From Octopus sinensis (Eukaryota): a stretch of 64,000 nucleotides of DNA. A model generated the notes under the pieces. That model had not been told where the DNA came from and did not search any database. It worked only from the letters and a program-made list of their open reading frames with translations. Shown piece by piece: positions 51,149-64,000 of this stretch; positions within the stretch are counted from its first letter, which is position 1, and the number at the start of each line of letters is the position of its first letter. The translations under genes and the position numbers were made by a program. The DNA lies in contig NC_043010.1 of NCBI RefSeq assembly GCF_006345805.1, forward strand, positions 20,646,001 to 20,710,000, given 5' to 3'.

Positions 51149-51452
51149 TTACTATATCGTTCTATAGTCATTACAAGTAAGTCATTCTTTAATCCTTACT
51201 ATATCCTTCTATAGTCATTACAAGTAAGTCATTCTTTAATCCTTACTATATCCTTCTATAGTCATTACAAGTAAGTCATTGTTTAATCCTTACTATATCC
51301 TTCTATAGTCATTACAAGTAAGTCATTCTTTAATCCTTACTATATCCTTCTATAGTCATTACAAGTAAGTCATTCTTTAATCCTTACTATATCCTTCTAT
51401 AGTCATTACAAGTAAGTCATTATTTAATCCTTACTACATCATTCTATAATCA

Positions 51453-51455
<3 letters not shown>
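51149..51455. repeat. 47-bp minisatellite, about 6.5 near-identical copies
   Basis: Unit TTCTATAGTCATTACAAGTAAGTCATTCTTTAATCCTTACTATATCC starts at 51160, 51207, 51254, 51301, 51348 and 51395. Confidence 0.95.
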
Positions 51456-51493
<38 letters not shown>

Positions 51494-51727
51494 GTAAAGT
51501 TTTATTCTATAATCTTTATACCGATCTAATTCCGAAACGCGCGTCCATGGATGACCAGATATTGATTGATTTTCGTTACTTTTCCTCTCTGCCTGTGTGG
51601 ATTGTTTTCAAGTATTTTGGTTTCTCTGGGAGTCCCTTTTTAAAGTAGAAGAAATAGCTAAGGTTTTTGGCTGCTATTTCTAAACTTTGATATGTGATAA
51701 AGCAAATCTTTGCTGAACCCTAATTAT

Positions 51728-51778
<51 letters not shown>

Positions 51779-51864
51779 GAAATATGTATATGTATGTGTA
51801 TATATATATATATTATTTATATATATATGTATATAAGAAGCTCGTCGTCTATATGTATATATAT

Positions 51865-52600
51865 TTCTTTACTACCCACAAGGAGCTAAACACAGAGGAT
51901 GAAAGGCAAAGTCGACCTCGGCGGAATTTGAACTCAGAACGTAACGGCAGACGAAATACGGCTACGCATTTCGCCCGGCGTGTAACGTTTCTGCCAGCTC
52001 GCCTTTCAAATGTCGTCTATATGTATATATATGTGTGTGTATATGATTGTGTGTCTGTGTTTGTCCCCCCACCCCAACATCGCTTGACAACCGATGGTGG
52101 TGTGTTTACGTCCCCGTAACTTAGCGGTTCGGCAAAAGTGACCGATAGAATAAGTACTAGGCTTACAAAGAATAGGTCCTTGGGGTCGATTTGCTCGGAC
52201 TAAAGGAGGTGCTCCAGTATGGCCACAGTCAAATGGCTGAAACAAGTAAAAGAGTAAAGAGTATATATGTGTATGTGAGTATGTGTGTGTGATTATGTGT
52301 GTGTGAGTATGTGTGTGTGTATGAGCGTGTGTGGAGGGCGCGTGGCCTACTCGTTAGAGCTTGCACTAACGATTGGAAGCTCCTGGTTTCGTTTCTTGTA
52401 CTGGGAGTGGCATTATGCTGTCTTGAGCAAAACACTTCACCTCGCGTTGCCTTGCAATGACTTCGACACGTGACGAGCACCTGTTCAGGTAACGCCGATT
52501 CGCGATGGAGGCTTTGAGCTAATCAATCACACAGACGTTTGATCGCCATAAACAAATCGTTTGTGTAGGTTATTCAGCAAGACATTGCAGAACCGTCTTC
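51865..52600. mobile_element. SINE cluster: family B (minus, 51865-52005), family A 3' half (plus, 52010-52262), family C-like (plus, 52331-52600)
   Basis: Similarity to other copies in the window. Confidence 0.7.
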
Positions 52601-52865
52601 CTGGAACTACGAGAGACTGCCGTATCATAGCAGATGATTCTCTCCGAATTACTCGAAGCACTCGTTATTCACCTCATTCTTCTTGCCCGCCAGTTTCATT
52701 CATGTGTCGTAAAAAAAAATCAAAAGTTCTTGTCGAACAAATTTGTAACTTTTATTTGACATTTATGAAATAGAATAAAATAAAACAAAATAAAGGAGGA
52801 TATCTTGTCGAGCAGGTGTATGTGTGTGTATGTGTGTGTATGTGTGTGTATGTGTGTGTATGTGT

Positions 52866-52909
<44 letters not shown>

Positions 52910-53138
52910 GTGTATGTGTGTGTGTGTGTATGTGTGTGTATGTGTGTGTGTATGTGTGTGTATGTGTGTGTGTGTGTGTGTATGTGTGTGTGTGTGTGCG
53001 CACGCGTCATGCTTATGTGTGTGTGTTTGTGTGTTTGTATGTTTATGTGTGTCTGTATATGACATTTACCAGTAGAACCAGAGACAAGAGACAGTAGCTT
53101 CTATAATAATATAATATAATATACACACACACACACAC

Positions 53139-53179
<41 letters not shown>

Positions 53180-53556
53180 CATGTGTGTGTGTGACTGGGT
53201 GTATGTGCCTGTGTGCGTGTATTTTACATGTATATATGTGGATATGTGTATATATGTGTGTGCATATATATTCACATAACATATACTACGGTTGCATAAA
53301 TACATACATACATACATGTATGTATGTATGTATGTATGTATGTATGTATGTATGTATGTATGTATAAAGCAGTGGATAGATAATACAGCAGAGGGTTCGT
53401 GTTATTTATTGGTTTTCATTGAAATGGTTGCTACCGCGATGTCTGAAGAGGATCGTTAACAAAAGAAAGTAAGTTTAATGTTAAAAATCTTATTATATTC
53501 GCCAAAGAGTACAAGATATAAAAAGAACAAAAAAAAAAGAAGAAAAAACAACCATC

Positions 53557-53595
<39 letters not shown>

Positions 53596-53724
53596 ACCAT
53601 ATCTAGACAATGAGTCACGTTGTTTAAACGTAACTCGAAACATGTTCTGCAAGCATCTTTTCAAACTTTTAATAGTTGTTTTTCAAATAATTCTGTCTAC
53701 ACCTTAACTTTAAACATTTACAAA

Positions 53725-53755
<31 letters not shown>

Positions 53756-54257
53756 TCACTCTCCACCCTCCGGAAACCCATCCCTGCATTACCTGTGTGT
53801 TTTATACACTACCTTTTCTCTCTCCATTTTGACACAATGGACTCGCATTGAATACCTTTTCTCTGCTTTTTCTGATTGGGAGGGGTGTAGTGAATTTAAT
53901 CGATCTTTTGTACTTGGCTGGTCCTTTTAGTTATTGATTTATCATCGATGTACCGAAAGAATCGAAAAGAAAGTTCGATGAGCAGTGGGATTTGAATGCA
54001 GATATATACTACATCAGTGCAAGGCTGTTTGTCTAACACTCTAACAATACTTCCATGCGGTCCTAGTTCAAGAAAAGAAGCCGCTTATTATGATCACAGG
54101 TGATGTTATCAAGCGGTTAGTGCTATCGAAATTAGTGGATCAAACACACACACACTGGGAATGTTACATTCCTCCGCTTAATCGTATCTTTGGTTATTGT
54201 TATCTAAATTGTTCGGTCCTAAAATGATCACAATCAACAGATTCTATAGAAATGATA

Positions 54258-54475
54258 TTGATTTCAAATTTTAGCACAAGACCAGCAGTTTCGAGGAAGG
54301 GGTTAAGTCGATTACATCAACCCCAGTACGCAACTGGTATTTATTTTACCGACTTTGAAAGGATGAAAGGCAAAGTCGGCCTCGCCGGAATTTGAACTCA
54401 GAATGTAAAGACCGACGATATGGTGCTTAGCAGTTTGTCCGGCGTGCTAACGACTCTGCCAGCTTGACTCCTTAT
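54258..54475 (-). mobile_element. SINE family B
   Basis: Reverse complement of 17284-17500. Confidence 0.75.
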
Positions 54476-54705
54476 TCTACGGAAATAATAATAATGCCTG
54501 ACATACGTCCAAGAACACAAATATTTGCGATGAGAGTACGGCCGATGCAATCGTCTCAGTTCTTCACTGGTTCTTCATTTTATAATACCTAAAGAGATGA
54601 AAATCTCAGCTCCAACAAGATATGAATTCAAAACCAAACTAAAGACTGCAAGACTTTTTGTTCGACGCTCTGTTGCTTTTATTCTCTACCCCCCCCCCCA
54701 CCAAT

Positions 54706-56770
54706 AATCATCATATCATATCATATATCCAAGCCTATTCCCCATTTTTTAGGAGGGGGTAGCCACAGCAAGACACACACCAGGCATTCCATTCATTTCC
54801 CAGCTCAAAGAGGTGAGCCCCGTTCTATGCTCGGATCAAGACATAGAACGCCACCCCCAATATCAGCAGCGGGGCCCAACAGCATATGCAGGTTTACCCT
54901 CGCCGCATCATGCTGGTTCCGTCCCCGTTTGAGCAACATCAAAATTCACTCATCCATCTACAAACACTCTCCAAGCTTCCCTATCATTAACACACTCTCA
55001 TGCCCCTCTCGCTCCAACACCTCTGAATACCAAAGCTTTCCTCACTCCATCCATCCATCCACACGAACCGAGGTCTGTCTCTGTTTCTGTTGCCTACCCT
55101 TCAGCCATCATCACCTTCCTTACCATCCACTCCTCATCCATCCTCTCCATGTGGCCAAACCACCTCAACATTCGTCTATCCAGTTTGGTTGTTAGTTTTT
55201 CTTTCATTCCTGCTCATCTTCGTACCTCCTCATTCCTCATCCTGTCCACCGGTGTCACACCAACCATAGCCCTCAGACATCACATCTCAAGCACATCTAG
55301 TCGCCTCCTTTCCGCCTCTCTCAGACCCCACGTCTCTGCACTATATAACATTGTCGGCACAATCACTTCCTCATAAACACCTCTTTTCGCTTTCATACTC
55401 AACCTTTTATCTCTCAGCTTCTATCTTTCACAACTCTAAGCAACTTCCTCACTCCTTTCACTCCCTGGACCATATGTACTAAAAAAACATCCGCTACGCA
55501 TGTAAGACTCCAGGAACTCCAACAAAACCTCCTCAGCCAACCCCCCATCCGCCGTCACGTCTGACTCCAGATACTTAAAAACACTCACTTCCTCTAACAT
55601 CTCTCACATTTATACTCACATCCATCCTACCAGCCCTTTCATCTCTCGAATATCTCATCACCATACTCTTAGCTACATTCACTTTCAGATTCCTCTTCTC
55701 AGACACTCTTCCAAATTCTACCACCAGTCTCCTCAGTTGCTCTTCCGAATCCGCCACCAGTGCTGTATCATCAACAAACAACAACTGGCTCACCTGCCAT
55801 TTCCCTCCATTTTCTCTCACCATTTGGGCTTCCCCACCGAAGGTTCTAGTATTTATCTCTCTCACCACACCGTCCATATATAAATTAAACAGCCACGGAG
55901 ACATCACACAACCCTGTCTTAACCCCATCTTCACATCAAAACGCTCTATTACTTCACCACCCACCTTAACGCACGCTTTACTTTCTCTAGAAAAACTCTG
56001 AACAGCTCTCAACAATCTACCATCTACTCCATACAACCGAAACACCTGCCACATTGCATCCCTATCCACACGGTCACACCTTCTCTAGGTGCATAAAGGC
56101 CCAATACACCTCCCTCCCTTTTGCGAAAAACTTCTCCCACATCTGCCTTACTACAAATATTTGATCTGCACACCCCATTCCACTCCTAAAACCACACTGC
56201 TCCTCCCCTAGCACACTCTCTCTCTCTGGGTCCTCACCCTAACAACCAGAATTCTCCCATACAGTTTACCAACCACACACAACAGACTTATACCCCTAAA
56301 ATTTCCATACTCACATTTATCCCCTTTCCCCTTGTACAGTGGCACTATACAGGCATTACAGCAGTCCTTTGGTACTCTTCCAGTCATATAACAAACATTC
56401 ATGACCCTCACTAACCATACAATCACTGTCAGTCCTTCTTTCTTTAGGCATTCCACTGTACACCCATCTATACCTGGCGCCTTCCGGTTTGCCATCTTTC
56501 ACAGGGATTCCCCCACCTCCACTCTTCCAGTTGCACCATAGTTCCATTCCCCAACAACAAGCATTCTCCTCTCTCCTCCTACAGCCACTATTCTTAACTC
56601 CCTATCATCCTCCACATTTAACAGCTCACTAAAATACTCTGCCCATCTCCATCGTACATCCTCACTTCCTTTCAACAAACTTCCATTTATATCCTTCATC
56701 CTTTTTTCCCTTCGTCTCACCACCTTTCTTACCTTCTGTACTTCTTTCCAAAACATCTTTTTATTTCTTA
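54706..56770 (-). mobile_element. 5'-truncated RTE (BovB-like) LINE, decayed
   Basis: KAPGIDG, IVPLYKGKGDK..NFRGISLL, GLRQGCVMSPWLFN and LFVDD motifs, with a GAT-like tail at ~54706-54725. Confidence 0.88.
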
Positions 56771-57280
56771 TATGCTGGCACAGGAAGAATACAAGAAAAG
56801 ACACGACGATCTAGGGAGAACAATCCACTGGGAGCTTTGTGGAAAGCTAGGATTTGAACAAACTGATAAACGGTATGAATATGAACCTAGTAAAGTACTA
56901 GAAAGTAAAAAGTACAAGATGTTGTGGGACTTTAAGATTCAGACTGATAGATTAATAGAAGCTAGAAGGCCTGATTTGGTAGTAGTTGATAAAGAGAATA
57001 GAACGTGCCAGATAATTGACTTTACAGTCCCAAATGATGAATAGAATCGATAAAGAAATTGAATAAAAACAGGAATATCAGGATCAAGCCAGAGAGCTGA
57101 AGAGACCGTGGAAGCCTAAGACAAGAATTGTTCCTGTTGTAATTGGTGCAATTGGCACAACAGCTAAAATGTTGCCTAAAAGACTGAAAGAAATTGGAAT
57201 TAAGACTTGCATTGCCGACCTGCTGAAAAGTACCGCCCTCTGTTCCGCAAAAATCCCCAAAAAGGTTCTAGAGATTTGAG
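56771..57280 (+). mobile_element. Dong/R4-like LINE 3' fragment
   Basis: LAQEEYKKRHD..IHWELC..LWDFKIQTD..ARRPDLVVVDK. Confidence 0.85.
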
Positions 57281-57737
57281 ATTTGTTGTCAATCAGTCGT
57301 AGTTGAAACAACGTCGATCATCGGTCTACTGGATTAAGACGGACCTGGTGTTAAACAACAAGAACAATTTGTCTCATTGAAAGATGCAATAACAAACGTT
57401 TTAAGAGCAAGGAAAATGTGTAACAGCCGTGAAATACAGCCATAAAACCAGAAGAGGCGGATTCGAAGCACAACGAGGAAGCCACAACAGTGTTATTCTT
57501 CTTCTTCATAAGAAAATATGTCAAATTGATTTTGGTTTGTCGTGGAAAGTGAGTCAATTCATTACACACATAGAATGTGTGTGGCGCGCACACTTGTGTA
57601 TGTATGTATGTATGTATGTATGTATGTATGTATGTATGTATGTATGTATGTATGTATGTATGTATGGGAGTGTATGTGTCTATGTCAGTCTCTGTGTGTG
57701 TATCTCTCCCCCCCTCTCTCTCTCTCTCTCTCTCTCT

Positions 57738-57791
<54 letters not shown>

Positions 57792-57928
57792 AAATAATTT
57801 TTTACTAGCTTCATCTTGTCTCTTTGTTTTCTCTCCGTGTTTGCGATATGGACAATTAAGGTGGTTTTAGAGTCAGATCATGGCTGCTATTTTCAGCATG
57901 GTGGTATCTCATAGATACCCTAATTTAT

Positions 57929-58024
<96 letters not shown>

Positions 58025-58383
58025 ATATATATTTAGTTAATTATTTATATATACATACGCATGCCACACGCATTCTATACGCCTCACAAATTTGTTATGC
58101 TCCAGATTTTTCCGTTCGTTTCATTATGACTACAAAACAATATCATTTTGACATATTTTTTTATGAGAACCTCGATCCACTCGAAGACAAAACGAAAACA
58201 AAATGAAATAAACCCGAATAAAAAGCTGATTTTATAGACTCTTCATTGTGTTCCAGTATCTCTCTCTCTCCATCTCTCTCTCTCTCTCTCTCTATCTCCC
58301 TCCCTCCCTCCCTCCCTCCCCTCTCTCTCTCACTCACTCTCTATCTATCTATCAATCTATCTATCTATCAATCTATCTGTCTG

Positions 58384-58481
<98 letters not shown>

Positions 58482-61400
58482 CAAGGATACCTCCTAAATG
58501 ACATCAAGTCACACGATTTGGGAATCATAGCCATAAGTGAGACCAGACTCCACGAGCCACGGGCCCTAAAGTCCATGTTTGGCCGACAGTTTAACATTTA
58601 TTTTGCTCCCTGTCTGCCGAGGATGGGCGGTAGTGGCACCACGGTACTTTTTCACATGAGCCTGGATCTCGAAGTCAAGACGATATTCGTAGACCCGGAG
58701 GGTAGACTGGTCGTTCTGGATGTCGACGGCAGCAATGAGTGCGCTTTTCGACTCGTATCAGTCTACGCACCGCCTTTAACAGGTCGGCCGGATTTCTTTC
58801 GACGTCTAGAAGTATTCCTGGGAACGTCTCGTCCTTTACTTTTAGTGGGGGATTGGAATGCTACCTTGGACACGCATCTAGACTATGTGAGGAGAGACAA
58901 AAACAGAAGGGGATGCAAATGCCTCAGAGACCTGCCCAGACGATTCCAACTGTCTGACAGGTACCGACTCGACCACCCAAATGCACCAACGTGGACATGG
59001 AGCAACCGCAGTGGGTCGTCGAGATCGTATCTAGATAGGATACTGTGTAGGACAGTAGACAAGGATAACTTAGGATGTCCACAATTCCACACAGTCAGCT
59101 ACACGGATCACAAATTTGTGACGTGTACGCTAGACTTAGATAAGGCACATAGACAGGGTCCTGGTTACTGGAAACTGAACGCATCATTCCCGTCCAGACA
59201 AGTTTTCAGAGACAGAATCAACACGTTAGTAAAAAGGGCTTTAACGGGAGCCATTGTCAACAACAAATGGTGGTTTGCCCTCAAGAGAGCAGTAAAAGCG
59301 GAAGCAATAAGATATAGCAAGGCACTAGCCGTAGATAGAAATAGAGTAGAGGGTGAGTTAGTTAAGAAGTTAGAGGAGGCAATAAGAAGCGGCATCACAC
59401 CCGACGTTTTGGCAGCAAGGTTGGCCCTTGACCAACACTTCAACGCCAAACACGAAGGGTGTGCTGTCAGGGCTAGGATGCGTGCTCTAAGGATGGAAGG
59501 TGGTGGAGCCGCGAGGGAGGCCCGGGTGGCGGAGGCGCAGCAGGGCAACAAAGCCACCATTCGGTCTCTGGTAGATGAACAAGGGCGCGAATTGCTCGAG
59601 CCCAGCAAGATGTGCGAGACATTTCAGCGACACTTTGCCCGACTGTACGGGACGAGTGGTGAGCGTGAACGCAGGGTGGACTTCAGTGCCTACCTGCACA
59701 GCCTACCACGGCTCTCGGCAAGAGAGGCAGAGTGCTGCGAAGGTGCCATCACGGCGGCGGATGTGCGGGACGCGATGGCAGAATGCTTGAGAGACAAATC
59801 GCCGGGTTTGGATGGTCTGCCCTACGAGTTTTACAATTGTATGCCAGACTTGTTTGGAAACGTCTTGGCAGTGGTATACTGCAACTGGCAGGAAAACGGG
59901 AGCATACCCGGTTTTGTGAGTCGAGGAGCTGTAACACTGCTGAAGAAAGATCCAAACAAGGGGAACATTATAGATAACTTTAGACCAATCACTCTGCTCA
60001 ATGCAGACCTGAAAATTTTGACAAAGGTGTTAGCCAAGAGGTTGGCGCTTGTCATCGAGAAACTGGTCGACAACGCACAAACGTGCGCTGTGCCGGGCCG
60101 CAGCATCCATGACAACCTCCATCTGATGCGCTACATCATAGACAGGGTAGTTAACGAATCTGGCATGGGTGGGGCCCTGATCAACTTGGATCAATCGAAA
60201 GCCTTCGATAGGGTAGACCATCGATACTTGGAGTCAGTCCTAAGAGCGGCTGGTTTCGGTCCCGTCTTCCGCGGCTGGATAGCTGCCTTGTACAGAGGCA
60301 TCCGTTCGGTAATTCGCGTAAATGGACATCTATCGAGACCTTTCGACATTGCACGTTCGGTCCGTCAGGGATGCCCCCTCTCGTCGCTTCTATACGTATT
60401 GACTCTTGAGCCACTACTGCGGAAGCTGGCGACTCTGAGGGGCATCCCGCGAGAATTGGGATGCGGGACGAGCGTGTCTGCATACGCGGACGACGTCACC
60501 GTCATAGTGTCAAGCCACGAGCACATCGAGCAGGTCGGCGAGACACAGAAAGACTACGAAGCGGTGACAGGAGCAAAAATCAACGGGAAAAGTCAGTGGC
60601 TTGCGGCTCGGCACCTGGAGAAGCAAGCCCATGCCGTCCACCAGTACCTCCGTCGTGGGACGCTGGACAGACGGCCCGGTTGAGTTGCTCGGGGTCTGGT
60701 TCGGTCCGGACCTCCAAGTGGAGAGAGAACTGGAACGAGATAACGAGTAGGGTGGTCACTCTCGCCCAGCAATGGGCCGAGAGAGGAAACTGTCCCTAAA
60801 AGGTTGGGCGGAGGTGGCGAACACGTACATCGCGTCCATCATCTTACTACCGCCTGACCGTCGTACCTTGTCCCGACCCTACCATCACCAAACTAGAAAC
60901 GTCTCTTCCGCTTCTTGTGGAAAGGATGCGTCCCGATGGTCAGGCGATCCATTTGCTGTCAACACCCGTTAAAAGGAGGGCTGGGCATGCCGTGGTTGAT
61001 GATGCGCAGACACGCGCTGAGACTGCGACATCTCCGGCTCTATGTAGATGACGGTGAACAGGTGTGGTCGCCGTTTGTGAGGCACGCATTCCCGCAACTC
61101 GTCTCCATGACCGAACTGCAGTCGTGGATCAAAAAGAGGCCGAGGAAGGGCGAATGGCACCGCGAGTGTCGCGTTGCTCTCAAGCAACTCTGCCGTCCCG
61201 GGTCGACCTTGAGTGACTTCAACACAACCAAAGCATTCTATAGGGGATTAGTGGATGGGAGGTACGACGACGATCTCGGGGCAAACCTGGGCGTGGACGA
61301 GGAATACCTGACCCGCCTGTTTCAAACGACTTCCGGCCGGGACCTATGGACAACTTCAGAGATCCCTGGCCTGGCGGTGCTACCGAGAAGTGCTACCCGT

Positions 61401-62228
61401 TCGGGATAAGCTCTATAGGCATGGCTCGAGAAACACGGGGCCGACCTGCCCGAGATGCGGGCAGAGCGACGAAACCGCTCTGCACGCAATCGTGCAGTGT
61501 CCAGCAATTTCCGACCTGTGGGATTATGTCGAACGACTGCTGTCACGTGTGGGACGTGTCGGTTTATCAGCCGAGTCTATCGTTAATATCGTCACACCTC
61601 CTTCCTTCAAACGGGAAGGAAGAGCTATTTTTATCATACTTTTGGCTATGGCGAAAGAATGTATCTGGTGGACGCGCCCGAAAGGATTAGAGACAAACAC
61701 TTTCCTCTCTGGTCAATCTCTCATCAACTTCTTCAAGTATCACTTGAAGAGGAAAGTGAGAGTAGAGAGGCAAGTTTTGTCTAGTGAATGTTTTAAAAAA
61801 AGATGGGTGAATGTAGCAAGGATAGCACGTATGAATGACGAAGCCACCTTGACTATGATTCTATGAACCGTAAAAATTAATACAGAGAGTTGCTTATTTG
61901 CAAAAAAAAAAAGAAATATAACATGTGACTTCATTGACCGAGGTTACCGTGGTCTTTTCCGTAGGCTTTTCCTTCCACGGGTAAACCTCACCTGTCCTCC
62001 CCTTTACACTTCATATTGACATTTCTGTGATTACGATCCCTATTGATCAACTTTTTTTTCCTATCCCCCCCCTTTTTTTTTAAATCCTCCCCCTTTTTTG
62101 TCCTCTTTCTTTCCTTTTACGATCCCTTTTGATCGAAAACTAACCCCCTTTTTTTTACCTCCAAAAGAAAAGCTCTACCTTGTAATTTGTTCTGTCTGTG
62201 TGCAGCCGGGTGTGGCTAATAAAGAAAC
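58482..62228 (+). mobile_element. Tx1/L1-clade LINE (ORF2 and 3' UTR, 5'-truncated) embedded in (TATC)n
   Basis: APE domain (ISETRL, GDWN, YLDRI, TDH), RT (KSPGLDG, FRPITLLN, KAFDRV, VRQGCPLS, YADD) and a C-terminal CPRC..H...C motif. Frameshifts begin after ~60590. AATAAA lies at 62218. Confidence 0.95.
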
Positions 62229-62229
62229 A

Positions 62230-62270
<41 letters not shown>

Positions 62271-62313
62271 GTATATGTATGTATGGATGCGTGTGTGTAT
62301 GTATGTATGTATG

Positions 62314-62383
<70 letters not shown>

Positions 62384-62395
62384 CCTACCTACTTA

Positions 62396-62434
<39 letters not shown>

Positions 62435-62792
62435 CTCCCACCTCTCTCTCCCTCTCCCCGCTCTCTCTTTATCTATCTCCCTCCCTCCCACTCTCTCTCT
62501 CTATCTATGGACACACACACGGACATATACACACACACACACGCACACACTCACATACATGCATCCATACATATATAGATCATATCTGGTTGTTTTTTGT
62601 TTTGATAACCCAGTATTTGCTTCAATCATTAGACTGCAGCCATGCTGGGACATCGCCTCGAAGGGTTTTAGTGGAACGTATCAACGAGGGAGTCAGTTCT
62701 TGGAGTCTGCTACATTTTATATCAATCTGTCATTTTCTCAACCGTTAAGTTACAAAGAGTCAAACAGGATCGCTAACACAAAGACACACACA

Positions 62793-62849
<57 letters not shown>

Positions 62850-63010
62850 TAATACATACATGCATACACACAGACACACAAACACACTCACACACATTTT
62901 AGAATTGGAAAAAGAAAGGCTTTAAGGACAGTATTATATATTTCAAAAAATGAATTGAAATGCCAGTTCTGATAATTTTTCCACTTTAGTAATCAAATGT
63001 TTATAAATTA

Positions 63011-63422
63011 CTTGCAGTATCGCCCGGCGTTGCTCGGGTTTGTAAGGGAAATAACTATATAAGCATTTTTAGAGATGTAAAGCATAATAGCCATCTCAAT
63101 ATGGCTAACCACAAAGAGGGGGTGTTACTGTAGGTTTTTACGTTCTGAGATTTAATAATAAATTTTTAGAGAGTTACTTCCCTTATATATGCCAAAAATG
63201 CATTAATGGTAAAAATGGTAAAAATGGTAAAAATTGATGGTAATTCTTTTTTTAAATCGTAGACTCATCGTAGACGCGCGCTTAATACCCAGAAGGGCTC
63301 GATATGAATCACGACTATAAGATACCCGGTTTTGGTTAAACTGCACCGCAAAATGTGGGAGTAGTTAGGAATCTAAATCGTAGGAGACAGACAGCACACA
63401 ACCTCACTTTTATATATAAAGA
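63011..63422 (-). mobile_element. Non-autonomous Helitron-like element
   Basis: Minus strand reads A|TCTTTATATATAAAAG...CCCGAGCAACGCCGGG..CAAG|T. Confidence 0.75.
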
Positions 63423-63499
63423 TTACGTGTGATAATATAATTATTAAAGTGGAAGGATTATCAGAAATGCCATTTCTATTCAGTTTTTCAAATATACCT

Positions 63500-63551
<52 letters not shown>

Positions 63552-64000
63552 AAATGTCGAACGATGAAAACGAGTGCTCAATAGCGCATTGGTGGTTAGA
63601 ATTTTTTAGTTGCATATTAAAGCTACCATTGGTTTCATGTTAAGAAATATAGAAAATAATCTGAATATCTTAACATTTTTTCGAGCCAATCACATGGAGA
63701 AATGACGTTCGTCTCCATCTTTGATGAAAACACAAACTCTCGTTGAATTCAGGGAGGTTCTCGTAAAGAAAAATATAAATCAAGGAAGTGTTACTCTTGG
63801 AAGACATCTTCTGAGTGGTTATCTCCCTTGGATTTGGATTGAATATGTTTTCTATGATTTTATATTATATTCTGGGTATATGAGATGTTTGTATGCTTGT
63901 GTGCTGGGGTATATTTCTTCTGTGTGACGAGTTCGCGTGTTATGTATATTTAAATTTCACGTTCAAGAAAGGCACTAGCCGGGTGGTTGGTTCCTCTTTG

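Noticed and set aside
51149-51455. CRISPR-like array
   Set aside because: The units are contiguous with no unique spacers, the context is eukaryotic and there are no cas genes.
58248-58481. N-terminal extension of the 811-aa ORF
   Set aside because: It is read-through of (TC)n/(TATC)n. The real LINE sequence starts near 58482.

Overview
This window is AT-rich, repeat-saturated animal DNA, most likely octopus/cephalopod. That assignment is an inference from the very dense (TA)n/(CA)n/(TATG)n/(TATC)n/(AAT)n microsatellites, three high-copy tRNA-derived SINE families and TTAGGG-type repeats. I find no supportable host-gene exon, and almost all short ORFs in the track are microsatellite artefacts. 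Recognisable coding remnants are all from transposable elements: a Tx1/L1 LINE (58482-62228), two RTE LINEs, several RLE-endonuclease LINEs (Dong/R4-like and a second family), a CR1-like 3' end, a Penelope-like GIY-YIG fragment, a full-length decayed mariner and a pogo/Fot1-like transposase with a C-terminal PHD finger. Non-coding elements include MITEs, Helitron/Helentron-like elements and a probable solo LTR. The four most interesting signals are: (1) an apparently intact type I hammerhead ribozyme at 41120-41190 with a decayed twin immediately upstream, plus further hammerhead-like remnants; (2) three AT-rich foldback elements carrying hammerhead 3' halves in their arms; (3) an apparent partition of LINE clades among different microsatellites, including a Tx1 element embedded in (TATC)n; (4) a cluster of locally templated inverted insertions at 22.8-24.8 kb.
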